Positions 34,518 to 48,500 of a DNA stretch of 64,000 nt are shown piece by piece. The notes below the pieces were generated by a model that worked only from the letters and a program-made list of their open reading frames with translations, did no database searches and was not told the origin of the DNA. Source of the stretch: Azolla caroliniana (Eukaryota; Plantae; Polypodiophyta); the NCBI GenBank assembly GCA_043228905.1, contig JBHGNT010000016.1, forward strand, positions 8,742,001 through 8,806,000, in the 5' to 3' direction. Each line of letters opens with the position of its first letter. Position 1 is the stretch's first letter. Both the position numbers and the translations under genes were made by a program.

Positions 34518-35285
34518 AATACATTACAAAAGTTAAGGATATGCCGAATCATCGATTGCCACAACTTGCTTGGAATGTTGGATGTAAGCTACAAAAGAAT
34601 CATAAAGTAAGATTCTCTCATTTAGTTGGGTTGTTGACATAAGGAAATGGTTTAGAAAATGGGGTTTGGATGATCTTTTAGAGGTTTTGGGCAATGCTAT
34701 GTAGTATGTAATGATTGAGGAAAGGCTGGTGGAATCATTGAGGATGAAGTGGGAGGATGCTAAGAGGACAAAGCTAGAATACTACATTGCAAATGTCAAC
34801 CCTAAATGTTGGTCTCAATATAAAGTAAGAGGGCCTATTGATCGTGTCCAACCTTATCGCATTACCAATATGAATAGTAATGCTCGTAGAGCCCTTACAC
34901 TACTTCACACTCGATCTCACAAGTTAGGTATTGAAGTTGCATCATGGTATCAAAATGCAACTAATTTGAAGACATGCAAAGTATGCAATGAAGGCATGGT
35001 AGAGGATGAATGTCACTTGCTCTTCACATGTTCGACATATAGTGCAATTCATTCAAGATATGCTGACATACTTTAAAGAAGAAGTGATAACTTAAGTGCC
35101 ATAATTAAGACACCACCAAAAAGGTTGAGCTCATATGTGTATGCTTTATTCACATATAGAGACTTTGTTCTTCAATGTATGAATACCCCTTCTTAGGAAG
35201 GAGACACATATCAAGAACACATGTATACTCCGGTCCCATAAATCAAAATTTGCCTCTTTATGGATGATAAAAATTCTAATTCTAG
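34518..35285 (+). mobile_element. LINE 3'-end fragment (RTE/RTEX-like ORF2 C-terminus)
   Basis: MPNHRLPQLAW...RSHKLGIEVASW...CKVCNEGMVEDECHLLFTCSTY is a C-terminal CCHC of LINE ORF2. It ends in a short ATTCTA-type tail at about 35272-35284. Confidence 0.7.
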
Positions 35286-36357
35286 GTCATAACCATTGTA
35301 TATATTCCTCTCTCTTTTCTTTTGCTACTCCATGATTTATATAGCCTATTCTCACTTGGCACGCTTCAACTACTCCTTCCTAATTCACGGCCTTTATTCC
35401 CGGCTGCATGTATTTCGTTCTACCTTCCTCAGCTACCAGTGCTCGAATGATTCCCTTTTTCATAGTTGACCTACTTGTCTCTTTAAGATTCGTTTTACAC
35501 CTTGTGCCTTTTGTCCCATGTATAACACCTGGCACGCCCATGGGACAGTGCATTTGCACCTCAAACCCAAAAACCAAAATCTCTCAAAAACAAAAAAACA
35601 AATCGAAATCCAGAAATTGAGAATATTGTTATTCGAAAGAGCTGAAAAATGCTATTGTACACTCAGTCTTCTTCCAAAATTGATGTGATGCCCTCCGGTT
35701 GCTCCGACTCCCTCGGTTTGAGATCGGTTGTCAAATAGACCCTTTGCTCCATGTTCTCCTAGGCTTCGTTTTGCTCCGCCAGCTCTTGAGTCGCCTCCTC
35801 TTGGTTTGGCTCTTCTGCGTGTAACTCGGCCGACAATACGAACCGTTGGTCTGTAAGTACCATCGTGGCTTCCAGAGCCACTTCCTCCTTCGGCTTTGTG
35901 GTCTATCCAATCACTTGTTCCATCTCCGGACCCGGGTGCGTCACCTCTTCTTCTTTTGGCTCTTGGGCTGCTTCCTTGATCAACTAGTCTATTGATACTT
36001 GTGCCGCGGCTTCTGTTTCCTTTTTGGCTTGGAGGCGCGCGTGTTCATAACCTTCTGTTTCAATAATGAGCAACAGTTGATCATCGTTTAATTCCTCTAG
36101 GAGATTTCCGATAGCCCTGGTGTGTGTTCGGGCCAAAGTTTGGAATTCCTCAGTGAGGTCCTCACGGAGGATCTGAATGCTATTCTCATCCATCTTGTAA
36201 AAACTACGACCCTCTTTTTTCCAATTTTCGGCATCTGCTCGTAAGACTTGCAATTCGGCAGCTTGAACCGACCATTCTTTCCATCCATGAGCTAGTGCCT
36301 GTTCGACCTTTTGATTTTGCTTTGTTCGGTGCTTTAGAACTAGTGCCTTTACTCGTG
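35286..36357 (-). mobile_element. Gypsy element G fragment: extra-ORF C-terminus, tRNA-like motif and partial 3' LTR
   Basis: ORF 35984-36253 (LRADAENWKKEGRSFYKM) is homologous to the extra ORF. The motif is at 35530-35570 and the LTR starts TGTTATA at 35527 on the minus strand. Confidence 0.75.
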
Positions 36358-36639
36358 GGTGAAAGCATGCGAGTGGAAACAGTTAGCTATGTCCTTGACA
36401 TAGCTAATTAGCTATCCAAAAAGCTACCAATGAATGAAAACATTAGAATGTTTTAATTATAGTCATTTTTGCACCATGAATGAAAACATTAGGATGTTTT
36501 AATTATATAAATGAGCAACATAAACGTGCAACATAAATGGATACCATAAATTATATACCGAATTGCTAGGTCCATTATGCATGATTCATTGCCACATCAC
36601 GTTGGCCATCACTTTGTGATTACTCAGGCTTAGATTACT

Positions 36640-37100
36640 GCCACTGTTCCTAGACCCTATTGAGTTTACTCCTCCATTGTATCCATTCTACACTCAGTTT
36701 CTACCACTGTGCGGTCCAAGCATCATCTGCCATTGTTTGATCTGACGGATTTCACTCCTCCATTGCCGCCACTATTCGGTCCAAGCATCATTTATCATTG
36801 TTCGCTCCTATTGAGTTCACTACTCCATTGCCGCCATTCTACACTGAGTTACCTCTACTGTTTGGTCGTGGATTGTTGCCATTGTTCGATCTGACGGAGT
36901 TCCCTCCTCCATTACCGCCATTCTACACTAAGTCGCTGCCACTGTGCGTTCCAAGGATCATCTGCCACTGTTCGATCTGATGGAGTTCACTCCATTGCCA
37001 CCATTCTACACTCAGTTGCCGCCATTGTTCGATCCGATGGAGTTCACTCCTCCATTGCCGCCATTCTACACTCAGATGGCGTCACTATTTGGTCCTGGAT
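36640..37100. repeat. Degenerate tandem repeat, unit about 50-60 bp (CTGCCATTGTTCGATCTGACGGAGTTCACTCCTCCATTGCCGCCATTCTACACTCAG)
   Basis: About 6-8 diverged units visible by eye. Confidence 0.75.
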
Positions 37101-38036
37101 TGCAATAATTGTTTCGTCTTTTGATTATCTTGTGTATTGTTATGTATAATCTTGTGAATTACGGAATAATTTTGTGTATTGTTGTTGCCCATAGTCATCT
37201 TAGCTCGTTCTCGACGGTGGTTGAGTAACTTTCACTCCGCTGCAACAAACATAAACTTACCAATGGTGGGATTGCTCTTGTGAATAATCGGTTTGCATGT
37301 GGTTTAGTAACTAGCTACATGTCTCTTTTTGTGGAAATTTACTAATGAATATGTCAAGACAAAGGGAAGGGGAAGGAGTGTGTTTACCAATACCCCTCAT
37401 GGATCATCAGGATAGGGATGACACTATCAGGACACACCAAGTGATACGAAAGTATTGGGCAAAAAGAAGAAGGAAACATCGTCAATTGTTGAAGGATACG
37501 AAAGCCACATTCACTAAAGGTAAGGATATCATTGGTGTTAACCATTTCTGGGAAAACACCTTCGATGAGCCCACAGGCTATCGGTATCAAGGGATCGTGT
37601 TACGTGGAAACTTCTTCTCCACTGAGAAGACTATAGGAGAATGAGGAGCGTACACGGGCTACAACCCGTTAGGCAATAATGTAGCTCGGTTTACGAGTAC
37701 GGGGAGAATACCCAGATAACAGAATAGTAAGAGCAAAACTTATATTAAATGATAAAGCTCACAGTGATTACAGTACTCGGCTCTCGGCCGGAAAATAGTT
37801 CATGCAGAGCTCGTTGCTATGATATTAATCTCGCTAAAAATGATCTAGATATCTCTCCCTTGAGGTATGCATATCTCGGGTTATATAGTTTTCCTCCTGA
37901 GACAGAGCTGAGCCATCGGCTAATTGTGAGGGCTAAGAACTCGACTATTTCTAGTTTTACTTATTTCCTCACCTAGTCTTCTACCTAACGGCGAGTTTAC
38001 ATAATGTATTTATATTTCTGGCCTATGGAAAACACT

Positions 38037-38076
38037 TGGCACGCCTGTGGGACATGACTTTGTCCATCAGACCCAC
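38037..38076 (-). promoter_or_regulatory. tRNA-Arg(UCU)-3'-half motif at the PPT position of element F
   Basis: Element sense: GTGGGTCTGA-TGGACAAAGTCAT-GTCCCAC-AGGCGTGCCA-AG-TG(LTR). Confidence 0.8.
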
Positions 38077-38220
38077 GGTTCACAATGTGGAGGGTAACCA
38101 TGGATTTGGCAAAAGCAAAACAAATTACAAAAATTGCCCATTTATACAAGGGCTGATAGGTTTGTTTTACTCCTATTCTAATATGCCAAGGGTATCCTCG
38201 GGAGCGTGGGGTTGGTCTGG

Positions 38221-41036
38221 CTACTCGGAAGGTGGGGTTGGTGATGGAGGTTTTGTTGCCGAGTCGGGAATGGCTGTGTTGTCGTGTGTGCCGCCCTTTG
38301 TTGGTACCGATTCAGGCAGGGTCGTGGTTGTAGTTTGTGGCTTGGGTGGGATGTGGGGATCTGTAGGGGCAGGTTCCTCCGGTCTGGCTTCCGTGGTGGG
38401 TGGCTTGGGTCCTTGCTCGTTGGTCATGGGAGCTCTGTTAATCTTGGTAGCTAAGCGTTCCTCCTCGTAAGCTTCGGCTTCTAAGCGAAACACCATTAGA
38501 TCGTCGTTGAATTCCTCTAAAAGTTGCTCGATGGCCGCGGTGTGGGATGCTGCTAAGGTATGATATTCCTCAGTCAAGTCTTCACGGAGGGTTTGGATGT
38601 TGGTGTCATCCATTTTGTAAAACCCTCGGCCCTCCTTAAGTCGGTTCTCGGCATCCGCGCGTAGTATGTGTAGTTCCGCAGCTTGGGCTAACCACTCCTG
38701 CCAGACACGGTCAAGTGTTTCCTCGATCTTCTTGGTGAATTGCTGGCGATACTTGTTGATCAGGATCTTGATTTTAGTATCGTCCATGCCGATGCTAGCT
38801 CGGTGAACTTCCACTTCCTCCCTTGTGGCCTTGGCTTCTTCTTGGCTTTTGTGGACGAGGATCGCTAAAGTAGCTTGATTATCTTTTGCTTTTTCAGTGA
38901 TGAGCGCGATTGTTTGCTCATAACGTTTGGTGAGCTGAGCTACAGTTTCGTTCATGTCCTGTCTCCAAGCATCCCGATGTTGTTCTCTGGCGACGATGTG
39001 CTCTGTTTGCAACTGGTGATACGCATTGGAAATTTTTGCCCTTTTCTCTTCTGAGATCCTCCATTTTTGCATGTGTTCATTTGCCAATTCTTGTAATGCC
39101 CTTTGGTGACGTCGTAATTCCTGGTTGTCTGTGAAGAGCTCGCGTTCCTGTTGGCTATTCCGCTCTGCTTCTTTGATGAAACATTCTTTGGCCTTGGTGA
39201 TAGAGACTTGAAGGGTCATCACCTCTCTTTCTTGATCTTTGAGTGAAGCTGAGCTTTCAGCAAGCAGTCGCTTGAGGTCAGCTTCGCAGCCTGCGACTTG
39301 TTCCCGTAGCTGGCCAAGAATGTTGTTGTGGTTCTGTTTTGCCAACTCGGCCAGAGCGATCTAGGCCTTAAGCTCCTCCTGGTAATCCCGAAGGGGAGGC
39401 CTTGTCTGGGTTGCCGCTTGCTGGATTCGGGGAGTGGGTTCCCTGTCCGTCTGTGTCGATCGTTCCATGACGACAGGTGGTGGTGGCGTTTGCTGGTGAG
39501 ACATTGTCACTCGACGCAGGGAGGCTTAAGGGCGGTTGTTCTGGATGTTGCTGCTTGAATGACTTCGGTTTCTCCTCGACGGTTTGCCATAGCTCGGTAG
39601 CCCGTTTGGCTTGCTGATGCGCGGTTTTGATACGTCGGGCCATGTCCTTGGCTGCCCGAGTAGTGTGGTGCAGATTTTGATATGCCTCGACTAAGGCCAT
39701 ACTCAGATCTGGTAGCTCCATGAGGAGAGAAGCATTCTGTGCTTGCTTTTTCCGCCCTATCTTCTGTAAGGCTCGATCCTCGTGAGGTTCGATTTCTCCC
39801 ATTAGAGTGCATTGGATCATCTTTGTTTCCGCATGTTCCTTGGCCATCTGAGCGGCGGCAGCTACTTGGGCGCACACGAGGAAATCCATTAACTCATATG
39901 TTGTGCCCAGTCGAAGTAGTGCACTGAATTCGTATGCCTCCGCGAGGAGATCTTTGTAACCGAGGACTTCCTCCTCTGATATCTGCATGGTTTGTCCATG
40001 CTCAATCCCACCGACTTGGAGCCATGACTCTATTGGTACCATGGCCGTGGAGGTCGGGCTGGCCTCTTTTGATTTTTTATGATGGGTGCCCTCGATTTCT
40101 GTGGTTGACTCTTGAATGATGCGGCATCTTTTTGGCGGCTGATCCTGTGAGTTTGGGGCCGGTGGTGTTGGCTCCTCGGCTTGTTTCCTCTTTTGTTGCC
40201 GTATGCCCGAGTGCTGCTGGCTTGTGGGCCATGGGCTCGGTTGTGGAGAGGGCATTGATGTCCCTGGTGTATGGTGACATCCTCAGGGATGGGCTCCTCG
40301 GCCTCATCCCATTCGACACGGGTCGCTGTTAACGCCCATTGTTTCTGTGTTTTTGGTGGGGGTGGTGCCGAGGCGGAAGTAGGGTTCCGAATGGCCGAGG
40401 GAGGTGGAGAAGGCGAGAGGGGTCTTCCCATTCTTCCTAGGTTAACGCCAAAATCTTCTCCCATTGTTTCCTTGGTGGTGGTGGGGAGGTAAGGATGCGA
40501 TGAGGGGAAACTGAAGGAGGCATGTAGAGGACTCTGAGGAAGTGATTAATCATAGGCAACAAGCACTTACCGGTTTGAAAAGATTCGAGCGCCGCACGAA
40601 CTCCTTCTCCGGTGATGATTCCCCAATCGATTTTGTCGCCCTCATACGCCCGGATGATGATGGCAACTTTGTTATGTGGCATACTCGTGGGATTTGTATG
40701 CACAAAGGTGTATTGCATCAAAATCCGAACGATCTCCCCAAAAGCTTTGTTTGGCCCTCTATAAGTGCGGTAAGCTTTACCCGACATTGAATACATCCCA
40801 AAATATTCCTTGAGGATCGAGTGGGGAGGAATTTTGACCTCATGGTGTCCACCCTGCGCAAGGTCCTGAGCCGCGCGAATCATGTTGTTGGATACTGTGT
40901 TAGGGTGGATTCTGCGTGCTATCGTTGGGGCGTCAGGGTGCGCTGGGGCGTCGATGACCCGTAAGTACCCACCCAGTCCTCGTTGTTGTAGCCAAGAACG
41001 GGTTTCCTGCGATGCTGCGAGAGGCATGGTGAACAC
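38221..41036 (-). pseudogene. Gypsy F extra ORF, fragmented
   Basis: 40437-41036 (WLQQRGLGGYL...YFGMYSMSGKAYRT...AYEGDKIDW), 39368-40255, and 38221-39345 (WQEWLAQAAELHILRADAENRLKEG). Confidence 0.85.
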
Positions 41037-41540
41037 GAAGGTTTGCTGACAGGAGGTGTGGGGGGAAGTGATGAGACGAGGTCGAGACAGAGAGTTGGAA
41101 GAAGATGGTTGGGGAGGGCATTGTTGTTCTTTGAAAGGGCTACGAGAGCGAGAGGGGGCCGGTTTGTAGGGGCGATGAGAATGAGAGCGAGCTTGGGAGT
41201 TTGCAGGCGGTGAAGGAAAGAACGCGTCTATGTGAGTGGGTGCATTGTGTGTGGGTAGTTTCTTTTATGTGACTGCCTAGGGTTTTGTGCAGGGAGAAGA
41301 TCCTTGAGATTCTTGGTCGTGGCTGCCATAATACGGTATTATGGCCACGCGTCCTAGGAGAGCTAAGTCTGGTGTGGATGCTCCTTAAATATTCTATTTT
41401 AAAGTGAATGTGACTAGTTGGTGCACCTAAGAAAATCTCGTGATTTGGGGTGATTAGTTAGGTAATTTTAGGTAAGGCTAATTTAACTGCTAAAAAAGAA
41501 TCCATTCCTACTATATACATTTGGTGGGAAGGTCATTATT

Positions 41541-44500
41541 TTACCGATGGGGACACGTGGCCTCCTTCGAGGCGTCGTCCGTGAACTGGTCCGTGCCATC
41601 AGTCTCGGCAAAAGGATTAACTGGGGTCTTCTCGTGGTAAGGTCGAAGTTGGAAGCCATTTACCCAGCTCTTGACGATGTCTCCGGCAAGTGTGCTGAGT
41701 TGGAATGTGCTGTTAAACTCATCAATTATCCAGAAGGGGCCTGTCCATCGGAATCGTATTTTCCCCGGCATAGCACCGAGTCGTGTTTGGAAGACCAGCA
41801 CCGGTTTGCCGATGGTAAGTGCTTTCTCCATACCCTTCCGGTGTCGATCAACGAAGGCTTTGCGTTGTCGTTGGCGTTGTTCCAGGTGAGCCATGTTGGC
41901 CACTCGTTGTTCGCCGAGTTCAAGGGGTTGTTCGAGCCGATATTGCTCCGATTTGACCTCGGGGAGCCTTTCCTTAACTTGAACTCGAAGACTCGGAACA
42001 TGGAACTCGATCGGCATGACTGCTTCCAAACCAAAGGCCATCCGAAAGGGTGTATACTGAATGCTAGTTTTAAATGTGGTGCGATACGCCCATAATGCAC
42101 TTTGGAGCTTGTCATCCCAATCGGTGTGGTTCTCATTGACGATCTTTTTCAGGATTGTTTGCAAAATTTTATTAGTAGACTCCGCCAATCCTTTTGCCTG
42201 TGGATAGTACGACGTACTTTTCTTATGTACGACCGCGTAGTGTGTAGTGAGCTCACGAATTATGTGGTTTATAAAATGCCCGCCTTGGTCACTAATGAGC
42301 TCGATTGGGCATCCATATCGGCACCATAGATGTTCGTATACGAATGTTGCCGTGGATGCAGTGGTGTTGTCCCGCAGTGCCTTAGCCTCGACCCATTTTG
42401 TGAAATAGTCCATGGCCACGATGATGTATTTGTTAGCAGTGCGGGCCGCGGCTGGTTTGAAAGGTCCTAAAAAATCTAACCCCCACTTTTGAAATGGCTC
42501 TAACGGAAGAATGGGTTGTTGCAGCATCCAGGCTTGCTCGATCAGTTGTCCTATGCGTTGACATAGATCGCATTGTCGACAGAATTCATGAGGATCCTTT
42601 TTTGTTGTGGGCCACCATAAGCCACTCTGCCATATTTTTCTTGCAGTGCCCTCTCCAGCGTAATGTCCACCTGCGATTCTGTGATATGCCTCCTCGAGGA
42701 CTGCGGGTTTCTCAAATTGGCGGATTTCACGGCGCCAAATGCTGTCCGAGCCTTTGTGGTAGAGGGTGTTGGAGACGAGACGAAAGTTTCAGCTCCTGAC
42801 AGCTAGTTGTTTCTGAGCATCGAGGGTCAAGTGGTCAAGAGGAAGGCCAATGCTGAGAAAATGGGTCATCTCTGCAATCCATTTGTCCTCATTTTTGTCT
42901 GGCACCGTTGCGAGACTGAAAAGGGCGGCGTCGGGTAAATCATTGTACGTGGACTCGGTTGGTTCGCCTGACTCGAGGCGGCTTAGGTAGTCAGCTACGG
43001 CGTGTTGGATGTCGGGCCGGTGCTGGATCTGAAAATCAAACTCCTATAGCAGGAGCATTCATCGGGCTAGGCGACCTGTGAGGGCCTGCTTATTAACCAA
43101 GTAGAGGAGGGCCGAGTTCCGGCCCAAGAGGTAATGCCGGAATTTGTTGATGCTGTAGACCATACCAAGGGCCTCGCATTCAGTTTTTGAGTACTTTTCT
43201 GCGGCCGAGAGTCTTCGGCTAGCGTAATATATTGGCCGGTACCAATTTGGTGGTGTGCACTGCATGAGCGCGCTGCCGATGGCTATATCTGATGCGTCTA
43301 TGAAGACGTGAAAAGGTTCTGACCAGACTGGTGGCTGTACCGCAAGGGCATGGGAGAGCATTAACTTCAAGGCTTGGTACGCTTCGTTTTCTATTGAAGA
43401 CCACTGAAATGGAAGTCTATGCACCGCCGCGTGCAAAGGAGTCGCGAAATCGGCCAGGTGTCGTAACATCAGGCAATGCCATCTAATTTGGCCCAAGAAT
43501 CTGCTGAGAGCCTTCGCGATAGAGGGCGCGGGAGCAGTTAGAATGGCCTGCACTTTATCCGGGTCCATGGCGATACCTTCTTGGCTGACTATGTGCCCGA
43601 GCAGGTTGCCGCTTCTCACCAAGCACGCGCATTTTGCCGGATTTAAGCTCAACCGAGCGTGTCGGCATCGCTCGAGACAGAAGCGTAGCTGGGTCATATG
43701 CTCCAGCCGCTGGCCATACACGGCAAAGTCGTCGAGGAACACTTGCATGAATGCCGGGATATACTCGTTGAAAATCTCTATGATGATGCGCTAGAATGTG
43801 GCTGGTGCCGTTTTAAATCCGAACATCATTACCTCGGCCACGAAGACATCCCATTCCGGAACAAACACCATTTTCTCTTGATCGTCCGGGTGCATTCTGA
43901 TTTGATTATAGCCACTAAACCCATCGAGGAAACTGTAGCATTCATGACCAGCCACCGTGTCGAGGACACTATCCGTGAACGGAAGAGGAAACCCATCCGT
44001 GATGGTCACGACATTGAGTTTGCGGTAATCAACGCAAATGCGGATTTTCCCGTTTTTCCTGGGGATGACGACGATTGGGCTTAACCATGTGGTTCTTTTT
44101 ACTGGGTGTATAAATCCTACTCGAAAGAGTTTGTCGATTTCCTCTTTGATCTTAGCCGCGTAGTTGGGGTTCATCCAGTACCGTCGTTGTTGGATCGACC
44201 GAGTGTCTGGCAGGAGGTGTACTTGGTGTTGGTAAAATTGGGGATCCAATCCCTTCATATCAGTGTAAGACCATGCAAATGCATCCTGATACTCCGTGAG
44301 CAGGCGTATCAGGGCTGACCATTCGTCGTCTGGTAAGTTATTAGCAATTTGTAGTGTACGCGGGTTCTCGTCGAAGCCGAGGTTTAGTGACTCGAGCATT
44401 GATGCTTTGACTCGCTAGGAGATAGCGAGTTCTCGTTCGAACGCATCCCGAGCTTGTCATAATTCCGTGATAGTTGTGGAATCGGCTTCGTCGTGGGGAA

Positions 44501-45553
44501 GGGAATCTGCCGGGACATCCTCGTCCAGTGGTGTGCCGAAACCCAAGATGGTGTTTATTTTGAAGAGGGGTATGATCGTGGGATGATCTTCCAGGAAGTC
44601 ATCCACCTCTTCGTCAGCTAAGCCGTCGAGCATGTGTACCCCTTCCGCGTATAAGGGTGTAGTGTTGTGGGGTGTGGTGAGGCGTTCTTCTGTTATTACC
44701 CGTACCTTGGTCTTCCCCCAACGAAAAGAGATCATATTCCGCTGCCAATGTTGTTTAATATTTGATGTGCGCAGCCGGCCAAGCAGCATTGGGTAAGCGC
44801 CCGGAGCTTCGAGGCGTAACACGATTGCCGAGATAGTAAACATGTGGCCGCCTCATGTGAAATCAAGGTGGCAGATTAACCCGATGGGGCGAACTAATCG
44901 CGTATCGGCCATCTGAAGCCAAAAGGGGCAAGGTTCCCATTGGATTAGGCCGAGGGCGTGACATGTGGCCTTGCTGATGACATTCACGCCAGAACCACCG
45001 TCAATTATGCATCCATGAAGGTATCGTCCTTTAATCATGATTTTCACGGCTGGGTTCTGGGAATCCATGAGGGGTGGGCCCGTCCTTGGCTCCGTCGGGT
45101 TAACAGGGGGTGCGACCGCTTTGTCGTTGGCTGTGAGTGTAGCCAAGGTATCCCGAAAGCGCAACATGAGTGGTAAAAGCTTGTGTAATGGCAATGAGAT
45201 CCTAGCGCTTGTAAGGGCTTCCCACAGATGATCATCTTCTGCTACGGTGGATGGTCTTGTGGGCGGTGGTGCACCGATGGTTACGTCCTGCATCTCTGTG
45301 TGCATTCGTTCCACGTTGCTTTTATTGGCGGTCTCAATCCATTCCTTGGCTGCTTGCCGGACGTCATCTTGTTCTTGCCATTGGCTGGCTTGGGTCTTGC
45401 TACGTGTAATGACGTGTTGAACGTCGACCATAATAGTATTCACAGTCGGGGCCTTGCCGCGGTCTATGGTTGGGCATTGGGTAGTGTAGTGGCCGGGTTG
45501 GTTACACTTAAAGCAGGTAACGGATGTCGAGTTGCTGGTGTCACCGTGCTCAG
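41541..45553 (-). pseudogene. Gypsy F gag C-terminus plus pol (PR, RT, RH, INT)
   Basis: CFKCNQPGHYTTQC, IIDGGSGVN, FLDGFSGYNQI, IDASDIAIG, WGLDFLGP, WTGPF across ORFs 44853-45572, 43791-44399, 43059-43748 and 41541-42527. Confidence 0.92.
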
Positions 45554-48500
45554 TGTTGAGAAGCAAGCTCAATATGGTATGTGATGCTTATTAGGAAATA
45601 AGCTATAGTAGCTATTTAGCTACTTGTGAACATAAAGGAGAAACAACTAATTAGCGACTGACAACTAATTAGCTACTGACAGCTATTTAGCTACAGGCAG
45701 CTAATTAGCTGCATACGTAAGTAACTTATTACTTAGGTAAAAAAGTAAGAGAGTAGAATGTAAGAAAAATATACAGGAAGTAGAACTCTGAGAGAGAGAG
45801 TGAGGATAGAGAGAAAGAACTCAGAGAGTGAGAGCAAAAAAGAGAGAAACAGACGAGAGCAAGTAGAGCTCCAAGTGTAATGAAATAGAAGAAGTTTTGG
45901 TTGCTACAGAGGTAAGTCTCCTTCCCCCTTCCCTTCTGTGTTTGAGCACTAAACGATCCAGCACACCACGATCCGCCGCGCACATAAGAAGAGCCCGAGT
46001 GCCTTCTTCACGTTTTCTTAACACTCAGTATCAGAGCAAGTTGCTCATAAAGAAGAGTACAGAAGTGCATAGAACTGAGAAAGGTATTTCTCTGGTTGCT
46101 GATTTTAATCAGAAAGTTACTTGTTGAAGTAATTGTAACAGAAACCCTAGTTTGGAAGAGATAATGGCTGCAGAGAATGCGGGCCAAATAGTTACAGAGA
46201 AACTAGATAAAAACAATTTCCCGGCGTGGAAATTTAGAATGACAAATTTCCTTAAGGGGAAAGGATACTGGGATTACATTGAAGGAGACCTAGAAGAGGC
46301 TCCGGAGATCCCAGAAGAAAATGCCACAGCAACACAGATTAAAGCATTCAAAGATTGGAATCAAGGGGCAAGGAAGGTAATGCATTGGCTCTGACTTAGC
46401 ATCTCAGATTCGATGCTTGGGCACATACAGGATGCTATGCTCCCAAAAGAAGCTTGGGACAGTTTGGTAAAACTATTTGCAGTAAACACAAAAGCTAGAA
46501 AGCTACAGTTGAAGACTGAGCTAAATACTTTAGAAAAAGGTAAGATGTCAATAAATGAGTATGCTTTGAAAATAAAGAGCACTTGCTTCTATCAATGTAA
46601 AGATAGAAGATGATGATAAGGTAGAAATATGCTTGAAAGGCTTGGGACCTCAATACAAAAGCTTTAAAACCTCTATGCTTACAAGGGATAGTATCCCAAG
46701 TTTTCTAGATTTGGTTTCAATGCTTGTAGTAGAAGAAAGGAATCAGATGGATGATGTAAATAAAGGAAATTTTGAGAATGAGGGGCAAGACCTATATAAT
46801 AGTGCCGGAAGAGGCCGATGAAGAGGCCATGGAAGATTTGGCTCAGCAAGAACCGACAATAATGGTTATCAAGGAAGAGGACAACAAACCATTAGAGGAA
46901 GAAACAACAACAGAGGCAGGGGGAGCAACCAAGGTAGAGGTAAGCAAATATATGTAAATGATGATGGCTATTGGTATTGTGGAAAACCAGGCCACACACA
47001 AGCTGAATGTTACAAGAAGCAAAATGATGAGCAAAGAGGAAAGAGACAGCAGAATAACTATGCCCAAACTAGTGAAGCTTGTGAAAAAGATGGTGCATTT
47101 GTGGTACAACATGAGATAGCAGCAGTGGCTGAAAGCTCACAGAAATGTAATGAAGAGTTTACATGGTATGTAGACTCGGGGGCATCTAACCACATGACTG
47201 GACATGCAAACTGGTTTGAAAGGTTGAGAGAACCAGAGATTCCTGGCTATGTACAGACGGGTGATAATAGTACTCACCAAATAGAACATGTTGGAGATAT
47301 CCCATTGTGGGAAGAAAAAGGAAAGACTAAGTATATGTTGAATGTAATACATGTTCCAAATCTTGCGAAGAATCTGATTTCTGTTGGACAGATAATAGAG
47401 CAAGGTATGCAAGTAAAGTTTAAGCAAAGTGGATGCTATATAGAAAAGAATGGGAAGCTCATTGCAAAAGGAAAACAACAAGGAAGAATGTTTATTTTGG
47501 ATGTTGACATGCCTAGACAGATTTCAGCTATGTTTGCAAATGGAATGAGTGTAGTCTCAGATGTGGAAATGTGGCATAAAAGGATTGGCCACATAAGTAT
47601 GCAAACCCTAAAGAATATGTTGAGAAAAGATGCAGTGGTTGGACTGCCAAAATTGAAAAATTGTGAAATGGGAAAGATATGTGAAGCATGTCAATATGGA
47701 AAGCAAAATAGGTTGCCATTCCCTCATGAAAGACATGTAAGTAAAAATTTGTTGGATTTGGTACATACGGATGTATGGGGACCAACTAAGAATGCATCTA
47801 TCGGTGGCTGCAGATTTTATGTAACTTTTATTGATGATTGCTCAAGGAAAACATGGGTGTATTTCATGAAAGAGAAAAGTGAAGTGTTTGAATGTTTTCG
47901 TAAGTTTAAATGCATGGTAGAAAAGCAGGCAGGTACAAGAATAAAATGTTTAAGATCTGATGGAGGAGGAGAGTATTTGTCCAATGAATTTTCTGATTTT
48001 CTATGCAATCAGGAAATAAGAAGACAGTTCACATGTAGATATACTCCACAACAAAATGGAGTTGCTGAGAGGAAAAACAGAACATTGGTGAACATTGCAA
48101 GGGCTTTGATGACAGAGAAGAATATGCCATTGTACAATTGGGCAGAAGCTGTAAATACAACAAATTATATTCTAAATAGATGTATAACATCGGGAGTACA
48201 TGAAGCAACTCCTGAAGAGTGTTTCTATGGAAGGAAACCTAGCTTAGAACACTTAAAAGTGTTTGGATGCCTTGCATATGTACATGTGCCTGCAAAAGTA
48301 AGAAGCTGGATCCAAAAGCAAAAAAATGTATTTTTGTTGGCTATTCAAAAGAACAAAAAGAGTATAGATGCTATAACCCTGTAACAAAGAAGATTGTGAC
48401 AAGTAGGGATGTAATCTTTGATGAGTTAGCCAGCTGGTACAATCCAAAACAGAATCCAGAGACTGATGAAGACAATGAGATTGAAGACAGAGACAAATCT

